Assembly: GCF_021869535.1 (NCBI RefSeq)
Contig: NW_026262729.1
Span: 62,001 to 126,000, forward strand
Origin: Mytilus californianus
Lineage: Eukaryota
Direction: 5' to 3'
Length of the DNA stretch: 64,000 bases
Notes under the pieces: model-generated
The model's database searches: none
What the model saw: the letters and a program-made list of their open reading frames with translations, nothing else
Told to the model about the DNA's origin: nothing
Made by a program: the position numbers and the translations under genes
Shown here: one piece after another, positions 23,848 through 35,500 of the stretch
Numbering within the stretch: the stretch's first letter is position 1
Layout: each line of letters starts with the position of its first letter

Positions 23848-24090
23848 ATGCTGCGTTCACACGTAATTCGAATTCGATTCGCATTAACTAATTCGAATTA
23901 GTTTAATTCGCATTCGAATTATTTTAATTCGCATTCAAAACGTTTAACGTCCAAACATAAATTCTAATTCGAATTGCAATGCGCGTCAAATTCGCTTTAC
24001 TGTCATAACGACGTTAACTTTTAATTCGTATTAACAAAAACGCATTTCAAATGCGAATTGGACAATGCGATTAAGCCAATTCGAATCTCT
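23848..24090 (+). mobile_element. Probable PIF/Harbinger-type MITE fragment, rich in AATTCG motifs
   Basis: Begins TAATGCTGCGTTCACACG, a Harbinger-like terminus (from recall), followed by dense AATTCG/CGAATT repeats. No matching right terminus was found. Confidence 0.35.
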
Positions 24091-25609
24091 TTGACACATT
24101 CCCCGTATCATTCTCAATTTTATTAGAAAATAGATTATGTCCCCTTTGTAATATAGAGGTGGAAAATGAATTCCATTTTGCAATAATATGTACACAACTC
24201 AATAACTCTAGAATGAAGATGTTTAATGAAATTTCTCATATTGTTTCTAGTTTTATTTCAATGAGTAATGGGGAAAATTTGATTTTATTTTCTCTTGTGA
24301 AGAATATAACATTTTGATAATTATTGTTAATAGCATAAGTGAGATGTATAATTACAGAAACAATATAGCAATTGTGTATGAACCGTTGATTTACATGCAT
24401 ACCTTTTTTTCTTTGATATAACCTTATCTATGAATGAATAATATAGAGTTAAGCAGCATTTCCTCTAAATAAAATAATCTTAAGCTAATTTAAAGGGGAG
24501 GCATGTCGTCTAACATTTTAATATTTTTTGTAAATGCTACATATTTGTATTGTTTATTGTTTATTTGTGTTTGTATTTAGTAGCAATCCGATTGTTTGGA
24601 TTTTAAAAAATAAAATATCTTATCTTATCATCTTAGAAGAAGAAACAAAACGAGCATTTTTCTGTGCGTACTTTGCAAATCTTAATATCTGTGCAATTAA
24701 TCAATGAGAGTTAAGAATACCCATCTGCATTCCTAAATTTTTTAAAGACACAGTAAATGGGACACGGAAATGTCATTTTCTTTTCCTTAATAGATTAGGA
24801 TTTTGATTGCAAGTTTGGTTATTGATTTAGAAGAAGGGTGTGTGATTTAGAAGATGTAAGATTTGCCACTTCAGTAAAAGAAAACCAAGAAATAACATGA
24901 ATACTTCTAAATATAAATATGTATAAAAAAATTAATTTAATTAATGCAGGGAATTACAATTGTTGTGGCGGAATTCAAACTTGTAAAAAGTATTTTTACA
25001 ACGATGTCATTCAATCTCTTGACAATTATTCGATTAAAAGTACATAATTATCTAATTATGCGTTTGCACTTTAATATGCATTAGAAAAGCAACACATTTC
25101 CGTACATAGAAAAAGGTTTCTCAGTACAGTTGTCTGTGATAATGTTATGAACAGATTTCTATAGGGAGCAGGCATGTTATTAAACATACGTGCACTATTA
25201 AATGATAAGAAGACAAACTTACACTTTACTCACTTCACTGATAATTAAGGACGTTAATGGTCTAAGTTTTGGATCGCTATTCAAGAATTATTTAAGCGCG
25301 GCATTAAATCATCCTTCGAAGTATCAAGCACTGCAAGTTTTTTTTAGGCATATAAATATATTTCTGTTGCAAGGCTAATTTTTTTATCATATATATCCAA
25401 TTTTGCGATATACTAAACGCTTTATTTTTTTCCCAATTTTGACATATTCGCGAACGATATTTACCTTTATTTTACGAAAAATAATTAAACAGATCGCAAA
25501 AACAAATTGATATATCCTTGTCGTTCCTATAGGAATCAAAACTTAATATTTTGGAGTAAAGTTTCAGAATCAGTCCTCACGGCTGTTATAAAGTTATAAA
25601 AATATAACC

Positions 25610-26015
25610 TGCAAGGTTAACTGGGGAAAAGAAATATGGTCACTACAGGTCTTCTTCCGACCGGCAGTAAAATCCTTGCCAAAGTGGGGCGTCAGTTTGG
25701 TTGTACGGGATGTACAAGTACGCAGCCATGTTCGGTCAGAATGGGGACGTTAAATCCGATGCCTCGTGTAGAGGGAGTGCCACGCTCTATGCACGTTAAG
25801 AACCCTTGCAACAACTCTTAGGTGGTCTGTTGCAAGGCTAAATTTCTGTCCCTATCCAATTTACCCTCCTTTTTCAGTGGCAGTTTAAATTTCCTCGACC
25901 TTCATCCCAAACGGCCTCTATTACAGGACCTGCCTATTGTATTCATTGTAAATTTGTACTCGTCCCGAACATGCATGAAATATTTGCCACTGGACGTTAA
26001 GCAACCAACAATCAA
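25610..26015 (+). mobile_element. SINE-like element with a Deu/Nin-type core and (CAAT)n tail, probably 5'-truncated
   Basis: GC-richer block with GGGGACGTTAAATCCG...GCACGTTAAGAACCCTTG (Deu/Nin-core-like, from recall). It ends GCCACTGGACGTTAAGCAACCAACAATCAATCAATC. Confidence 0.5.
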
Positions 26016-28619
26016 TCAATCAATTAACATATAAGGGTTAGATTCGCTGTGATACATAATTGTGACGGATGAAATAGACGACATAAATGAATATACAAAA
26101 ACGTGTAAGAAATAAGGGTGGTAAATGCTGAAAAGGTATATATCATCTGCTGAGTGGGATGACACGAGCCGGGGTGCTCTTTTACCAAACCCAGCTTTTT
26201 AAAAAAAATTCCACTTATCTTCTTCCTTTTTTCAGATCCAACTTTTTAACCTCACATTCCCACTTATTTTACCCTCTATATACCACAAACCAAACGCTTG
26301 TCACCCTCCCCCTTTCCCTCAGCTCCTTTATCTGCTGACCACAGCTAGGAAAATGTTTTCTTTCCTTTTTATGAAGGGAATGAAATCGTCCCGATCAAAA
26401 TTAAGTTCAGACGAAATATATTTATATGCTATGTGAAGTAAACGAGGATAGATACCACTCGACTTGCTATTTTATATAGTTTAGTTGATTAGGATTTCTA
26501 GGCGCTAGACACACTGCAGGCGAAGTTGACTGCCTTGATGTCTTAAAAGCATAATTTTGCTCGAATCTCGATGAGGGAAGTACATAAATTTACTACCGCA
26601 AATTGTCAAATTTAACAGTTCTAAGTGGGATACCGCAGCGAGATCGAGAAGAGAAAACTTTTAAATTAACCAACTACAACCTGGTGTTTACAATGAAAAA
26701 GACGGAAATAAATATTAACAAGACCAAATAACACTTTACTTATAAGAGGATTAATGATCTTAGTCTGTGCAATAATTCAAGAATTATTTAAGCGGGACGT
26801 AAAGTCATTATTCCAAAATGCACTGCAAGTTTTCTGATTTTTTTTGTTGCAAAAATAACATCTTTAAAGGTCATAATTCGAATATTTCAACTTTTCTTTA
26901 TAGATATGCATGGAAATGCTGATCAAAAACATATAAACAGGGTGCATATGTACTACAGTGTTAGTTAATTTCTAAATGGTATCATAGTCTAGTTGATATT
27001 GACTGCGTGGAAGAGTACTGCATTGGAAATACCTTAAATTCTAAATATTCAAATTATGAACGATAAACGAACATATTAATATAAGTACATTACTTTGCTA
27101 TCAGCCATCTTTAGTCTAATTTGTGCCGATTTATATTAGTGATTTTTTAACTTTTTGTGTTTGTTTTTTCTCGTTTGACACATTAGCTACGATTTTATAT
27201 CGCCTTTATTCTACGAAAATAAATAAACCGATCGCACCATTTAATGTACCAACGCTTTCACTATATCTTAATTCTGTTTTGATTCGAGCGCCACTAATGA
27301 GTTCCAGCTAGACGAAACGCGCGTCTGGCGTAAAAATCATGAAACTTAGTATCGTTGATGATTATTTAGTGAGATTTACCCCACTTCTTATTTTTTCATA
27401 TGTAAATTTACCTTTTTCGTTATGTTGCAAAACATTAAATGGAACCCTTTGCCTTTTGTGAAAGCTTTCTTTTTTTCGTCAAAACTTATGATATAGAGTT
27501 TTTTTTATTTAGCGGCGTTTTGCATTTGCGCCGATCTGCATTTCACTCGCGCCGATTTTTTCTTTCACTTGTGCCGATTATTTCTTTCATTTGCGCCAAT
27601 TGTTTTACAGGTAAATTACAGGTGAAAACTATTTTTATTTATCATTATAAACCTCTTCCGCTAGCCAGTTATATATATGTTATGAATTATCAATTAAAAC
27701 ATGCATATAACTGTTGCCCCTGCCCACAATTGGGAGGTGGAAGTCGGATTTCGAGCAAAACTAGTCAATTTAAGGTTAAAAGCATTCTGTTTACATCCAC
27801 TTAAATAACTGAGTACAGCAATAAAATATCAAATGATATAAAAATCTATTTACAGTCTTTAGAATATCAAAGGACAATAAAACCTCTTTACGCGATGAAA
27901 AAAGCACAGCACTAAAATGCAAAAAGGAGCAAATGGAACTTGAATTTATAAAATCGGCGCAAATGTCATACGCCCCTATTTAGTTGGATAATATTAGTTT
28001 CTTGTAAAATCCATGCAATTATTATAAGTCAGCTTTTTCGTTGCCAACCATACTGGCGACTGACACTAGGAAGGGAATTTTGTAATCATCCATTAGACGA
28101 CAAATGCCACATGTATAGCAGGGTTTGGTCCCCTTTCGGAGTACTTGAGATCATCCCCGGTTTTTGGTGGGGTTCGTGATGTTCAGCCTTTGGTTTTCTA
28201 TGTTGTGTTTTGTATACTGTTGTTTGTCTTTTGATCGTTTTTCGTTTCTTGCCAAAGTGTTGTCAGTTTGTCTTCGACTTATGAGTTTAAATGTGTCCCT
28301 TTTGGTATCTTTCGCCTCGCTTTTAGAAGGTTCGTTAGAACAAACTGTTGTCAGATAATTGTGGTTTGTCTATATGAATAGCTGTTCTAGTTCAAAACTC
28401 ATTCTTTTTTTTCACCAATATAAGATTCTTTACAATTTGAACTATTAAGATAATGTATGGCGTTATTTTTTTACAAAACTTGATTTGTTTTACTTTTTAC
28501 TATTCAATAACCAATGATAGGTTTACATGTTGTAATGTAATGTAATATTATATAATTTAATTGTGAATTTCTCTTTCCTGAGTGTTCTTGCGTTTATTTG
28601 TACTGTATACATGTCATGT

Positions 28620-28925
28620 AATGTTGTCATTTTAGCGGTATTTTTAACATTGCCATATAAGCGGGAGGTTTGGCTAGCCATAAAACCAGGTTCAACCCAC
28701 CATCTTTTCTTGAAATGTCCTGTATCAAGTCAGGAATATGGCAGTTGTTATCAAATAGTCCGTTTCTATGTATGTTGGCGTTTGTTTTTGTAGCAGTTCA
28801 GTGTTTCTGTTGTTCCGTTGTTTTTCTCTTATAGTTGATGCGTTTCCTTCAGTTTTGGTTTGTGACCCGGATTTATTTCGCTTAATCGATTTATGACTAT
28901 TGAACAGCGGTATACTACTGTTGCC
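28620..28925 (+). repeat. Interspersed repeat, family C (AAACCAGGTT.AA.CCACC...CAGGAATATGGCAGTTG motif)
   Basis: Reverse-complement homologs at about 30715-30965, 51620-51860 and 55880-56460 (two adjacent copies). Confidence 0.7.
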
Positions 28926-29221
28926 TTTTTATATATATACTTATAGCGGATCTTTAAAATGCTTCTGGAGACAATTTAATGTCAAATTTCGAAGACGCTA
29001 AATTCTGTTTGTATTTTCGCGGCTCTTTCATACTGTCCATAATACAGAATATGTAAAACTTGTCTTTATGATGATGGTTTCCTGGAAATACACAAAAAAA
29101 AATCAAAGGCTTAGGATGGGTCGTAATAACCAATTCCAAAGCTTGCAGTTAGTATGAATAAGTCTGAAACCGTCTATGGAGACTGCAGGTGAGATGGGTG
29201 AACGAAAACTGAACGAGATAT

Positions 29222-29517
29222 CTACAACTGACCCGTGTTTGATAGCAGTGAAGCTATTTCGTCTAAACCGTTTCCATTTATTCCTATTTCTTGGCAGATC
29301 CGTAGAATATTATCCAATGTTTTGTGTTGACAAAGTAAAAGTATTTCGCGTGTTGTTTTCACAGGATTATTTCTGTTTTGCTGTAGAATTTTGTTGTATT
29401 CCACAACATCCAGTCCTAGCTCAAGCGCCAAATACAAACTCCTTGTCAACAACCTAACAGCCAACTGATTCAGCAAAAGAGGGGATAAAGTAACCTCCCG
29501 TAACCTGTCAATCTTAT
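29222..29517 (-). CDS. Roco-like last exon, death domain 2
   Basis: TTTTTCAG| ...LLNQLAVRLLTRSLYLALELGLDVVEYNKILQQNRNNPVKTTREILL...GQL*. Confidence 0.8.
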
Positions 29518-32500
29518 CTGAAAAAGAAAAAAAACTGTAAAAAATACTGCAAGATAAAATTTCAATGAATGATAAATATGAATATATATATAGTAAAGCT
29601 AAAGATTACAATGAAGTATTTTTTTACATAGGCAACAATGGTAGCCTTTTTGGGTTAATTCTGCGTTTTCACTATTAAACATCCATTGAATAAACTGTAA
29701 AATTCTGAACTTTGAACATTTTTGGGTGTGAATAAAACTGCAAAACACATATGGTGCCGTAGCTTTTTTGATAGAAAAATTGTATTTTTTAAGGGTAATC
29801 TATGGTTCCGCAATTTTCGAAATAGTATGAATGAAGAACACAGTCATTTTGCTTAATTTTGCACGTCACAAATAGTTTCCTCTAAGTTTTTCGATATCTT
29901 TACACCAATAGCCAACATTCATTTCTCACTATTTCAATTTTCTTTTCTCAGCAGAAAAAGACAGCAGAAAAGAAATTTACTTCTAACTATTATCTTGGAT
30001 GTAAATAAATAGGTGGCGCCCGTCATCTTTATTTACTTCCTTTTAACCTAAAGGATCCTTTTATTATAGTAATTGGTGTTCAGGAAAGGCATCGTAAATT
30101 TGCAGATATAGCATTGATTGATTGATTGATTGATTGGTGTTTAACGCCACTTTCAACACTATTGTTCTATTTCATGGCGGTCAGTTTTTATTGAATCTAT
30201 ATAGCATTGATAGGGTAAATATCCGACTGAGAATAATTTTATGTAATAAGTGGTGTTAATCCTGTAAAATTAATGTGTACTATTATGTCTGATGGAAAAT
30301 GTCGGTCGTAAAATTTTCGTACACTAAGGCGATCTTTTAATTGAAGCATCGTTGATTTTTTTTATCAGATTTTCATCTGCTATATAGTTGCTGTTGTAAT
30401 TTTTCCACTTTAAAGATATGAGTTACTACAATTACACACCCCTGTTCCTGCTTCAACTGATAACGAAGTGTAAGGAAAAAATCTTCAATCACTTTGACAA
30501 GCGTTAAAACGTTTATTATCATACTACCATGTGGGATACGATTTAGTGCCAAGTATAAATGAAAACATGAAATATTTTCACTAAATGCATTTGCTGTAAA
30601 GAAAACAACAAGCTGGTGTCTGTGGGTGATATATTATTTACACGAGATGATTCTTTGAACCAGTATCCACTTTACCTTTACGTTTAATGTATAATTTCAT
30701 ATAAATTCAGTAAGAGAAAACAAAAATACCGAACTCCAAAGTAAATCCAAAAAGGGAAGTCCATAAAACTTGACAAAATCAAATGTTAGACTATATCAAC
30801 CAACGGAACGAAATAAATACTTCTGTAATATCCTGACTTGGTACAGGCATTTCCGAGGGAAATGGTGGGTTCAACCTGGTTTTAAAGCCAGCTTAACCTC
30901 TCACTTGTATTATAGTTGTTTACGGTGCCATTATATTGATAAAAGCAACCATAACAGATATAATTGATTAATGTGACAATAATTGGATCCAGCAGTCAAA
31001 ACTTTGGAAACATACATGCACCTGTCCTAAGTCAGAAATCTGATGTTCAGTAGTTGTCGTTTGTTGATGTGGTTCATAAGTGTTTCTCGTTTCTCGTTTT
31101 TTTATATAGATTAGACCGTTGGTTTTCCCGTTTGAATGGTTTTACACTATAGTAATTTGTGGGGCCCTTTATGACTTGCTGTTCGATGTGAGCCAAGGCT
31201 CCGTGTTGAAGACCGTACTTTGACCTATAATGGTTTACTTTTATAAATTTTGACTTGGATGGAGAGTTGTCTCATTGGCACTCATACCACATCTTCTTAT
31301 ATCTATGTAAAATTCTTAAAAGTACAGAAATACATATGGAAAAATCCTCAATATTTGGCCTCAGTACGCTATAATGTACATCTAGCAGTAACAAGAACAA
31401 CAATACATGTGAATGCTTATAACCGACTTTATGTTAACAGGGATTAAGTTCAAAAGTTGAGAACATCATGCGGATGATCCCGTTAGTAATTTTTCTAAAA
31501 CGCTCATCGGTTTAAATGGAAAGGTGATTGATTGCCTTGTGAACAGGTAAGACGGCTTTGAAGAATTAGCTCTACTCTCCATGTTCTATTTCAGTGGGTG
31601 ACCATGTTGGTCAGTCGAACCCACTTAGTTTTAAATACAATTTTTCCCCAATTTTCACAAAACATATTATGCACAACTAATGTGAAGTACAACTATACAA
31701 AATGTTGTTCAAATTATACTCATACATTGAGATTTTGCATTCACAAAAAGTATTTTTCAAAATGTTTGATTGTTTAACAAAAACATAAGTTTTCACCAAA
31801 AGTACTTATTATATTTTCACATATAATATGTAAATTGTTAAAAAGAATATAAGCAAAAAATGCTAGTCTAACTCTTCCTAACTTGAGTTTCCAATAATCT
31901 TTCTGGTTTGATTGGCCCTTCAACGATTTCATTGGGTTTTGAATTTTCAAAGATTTTGGGCTTGAGCAAAATGAATTTTGTGCAGTAAAATTAGTAAGTT
32001 AATGTTACATAGTAAAAGAGGAATTCTACATTATTTATCGCGATTGAATATCATTTTCATCATTATTGTTCCAGACAAAAACCTTCAGATACTAAAACTG
32101 TACAAAACGCGAAACAATGTATGTTTAAAATTAAGAAAAAGTTTTTACCGCAAATGTTTCCAATAGTCACAAAAAAAATCTCATTTACATGTGGAGCACA
32201 ACCGCATAAAATATGTTCCAGTCCGATTCATTTGTTTGGAAAAAAAATAGTTCTCAAAATCTGTGTGTTATTTTACAAACTTTTTCTTAAACAGATTTTT
32301 CAATTTTTACATGAAAATATGAAGATCAACATATTTTGCGCAACAACTGTCCAACTTTTCTTCTGGAAATTGCATTCTCAGAAATTATGAACTGACAGAC
32401 GTACGCACAAAGTGAGGTATACGACCCTCGAGTAGGTCTCTTATTAACTTGATTCGTTTTTCTTACAGAAATCATTTTTACTTGAAGTTGTTGCAGCAAA

Positions 32501-35500
32501 TACCAAATTTTAGTGCTTTGAATATTGAATTGAACATCGACCTCACGCAATTGAGACAAGCGCCAGTGGGGACCACCGGTGCGTTAATATATACCATTAA
32601 ATAGCAAACGAATTAATTTTCATCAGTTTCTGTAATAAATTTTAAATCAATCATTATGTTTACATCTATTTTATGATTGGTCTTGGGTCGAAGATTAAGC
32701 AGTTTCACTCTATTAGTTAACATTAAACACCAATCTAACAGGTGTATAAAAGGTGTTTTAAGTCCATAATAATATACATACACATTATCTCATATAAATG
32801 TTTTGTAATTTCAAATAACCTCATTGGTTAAAAACGGACCAATGAAATAGTGGATTGAAAGAATTATAGTAGTAGTATATCAAATTTCATTCTAATCACA
32901 GGAAAAATAATCAAACGATGTTATAAATCAACACGTTTTAAGTTTTATTCAATGAATATGTCATTTGTATATCTGACTGAATTAGATTTAATTTGTTCGT
33001 AATATTGTGTGTATAATTAATTGTGGTATCCAATAAATGTACAGATTGATTGATAAATCGTCCAAAAACAAAACAGAAAATTCACACAAAATATGTAACA
33101 AACGTGCTTAAAAGTGATTGCATGTAAATATAAAGAAAACCAAAACGAAACTTTGTCGGCTTTTCACAATGAAAACTAATTAATTGTGTTCTCTTGCCTA
33201 GACTTCAAATTATAAATTTAAGTTACAAAGTGTAATAATTATACAAGTTGTCTATCAAACGTCATGTGTTCGAGTCTATCAGTCATTAAAATTTATCTTT
33301 GCTTTTCGTCTTCCTATTTATATGATTTTAGGCAAAACTGCAAAAAATTCAAATACTCTCCGGTTTTGGTAACTCTTGAATATTCATTATTTTTATTCGT
33401 GTGTACAAAAGAAATAATCTGGAAAGGATTCAAGATTATAATAATTTTTCAAAATTTCATCCATTTGTTTTTGAATCTTTTGATATATTCAATAAGAAAT
33501 ATGATTCACTTTATTCATCCTAATGTTCTTGCTTCATGCACATCGTTTTTTAAACATCCAATTGCGAGATTACTTTTGTTCAACGCTGAATACCACCCTA
33601 AATTGTTTTACGTGTATATACATAGAACCAATAATCATGATAATACGCATATTGATAAGTTCTTTCAAACTTACTGTTTTATGCGATCACGGACCTTACT
33701 ACATAATTCGTATAAATTCTTTGTTAGAAATATAATTAAATTTTACCTGACTTACATATCCCATGGTCACTGTTAGTATCTCTGTGTATCTGAAAGACAA
33801 ATGAACAAAATGAAAGTAAATATTATAATTTCTTATTTAAAAGTTAACAAAATCGATGTTTTGAAAATGGAAAATTTGTGCAACCAGAATGCTATTTGTA
33901 TCAACATTTATTTTTTGACTAGCTACCAGAAATTGTAATAAATTTTGAACCAATTTTGAAATACATTAACTTTGATCATGAAAATTTCTAAATTTTGCAC
34001 ATGAAACAGTAAATAATGCATGTGTTGTTACCTGGAAAACACGTCTTAACATAAAATTAATTAATTATTTTTTTTATGTTTTTATAGTTTCAAATGACTT
34101 GAAACAAGCAACTGGATTTTATTTGATAGAAATGCATTGAATTATTTGATCTATAGATTAAATGATTGTTGGTGTTCACTTGAACAACATGAAAGGTATC
34201 ACTAGTGGAACATGATCTGTTTACCCTTAAGAAGCGGTTGAGCTCAACTTGGTGGGGTTCGTGTTGTTGAGTCTTTAGTATTCTGTGAAGTGTTTTGTTG
34301 ACTGCATGTTATTTGTCATTTTTTCTTCTCTTTGGCCGTGGTATATTTTGTTTGATTGTTCCCTTGGTATCTTCTACGTCTTTTTTTACACCCTTGCAGC
34401 ACATATTATATCGAGGCGAGGATCAAGAAATCAATAATGAAAAATGAAACTGAACTGAAAGGAAGGAAATGGAACCCGAAATGGTAACGAACTTTGACTG
34501 CAAAGGGAAGTATGTAAGAGTTAGATAGGGTCCAACAAATTTAGTCCTAAAAAGGCCCATAAGAGCCTGTTTGTTATGAATGATGTTTCGTGTTAGGAAC
34601 CTGAAACTCTCCAATTACTAACTAACGATTTTATTTGGATTATTCTTAGTTTTAGTTTTTAGTTTGTTTGATTTATACGGTGTATTTTGTTTGATTGTTG
34701 TTTAAGAACTCGTTAAAAATTCCCCTACCTTGCATTAAATTGGTTTTTATTCTTTACAATTGATCAGGTGTTTTATGAAGTGAAGAATTCGTACAGAATC
34801 CTCCTTTTTTTTCATGAAGTTCATATCTGTTCCTTACAATTGATACATTTTTGCAGGAAATCGTTAAAGAGTTTCACTACCTTGCATAACATTTCATTTT
34901 TTCGTAATAATTGATCAATCTTTTAGGAAGAATTCGTAATGGAGTTTCCTCATCATCATTATATATATATATGTTCTTTAATAATGACCAATCTTTTTGG
35001 AAGAATTCGTTTAGGAGTTTCCTTACCGAACACAGAATGTGTTTTTGTTCATCACAATTGATCAGTTTTTTTTTGGTTTTACTTACCATGCACAGAATGT
35101 GTTTTTGTGCACCACAATTGATCAGTTTTTTTTGGTTTTACTTACCATGCACAGAATGTGTTTTTGTTCACCACAATTGATCAGTTTTTTCTGCAGATCC
35201 TTCATTGTTAATTGTTTTGCCGTATTTCTCCAACCGATTAAGGTTAATAGTAACTGAGTATCTATATTTGAACTGGTATGCACTATAACCTCTGCTGTCA
35301 GTGAATTCAAAATTCTTCGTCTAGAACTAGGTGACATTCTTCTTATCATTCTGCTGAGATCTGAATCGGTGGCAGTTTCTGTCAAAGACTGAGCATTCAA
35401 GCCTACGGCGAAAAACAAAAGAAAACATTTATTCGTTCCATTATTCATTCGATGATAAGGTTTGATAAATTATCTTTACAAATGTTAAGGTAATAGTGGT

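Noticed and set aside
33264-33776. 170-aa plus-strand ORF
   Set aside because: AT-rich, Phe/Ile/Tyr-biased, no motif, and antisense within a Roco intron. Likely chance.
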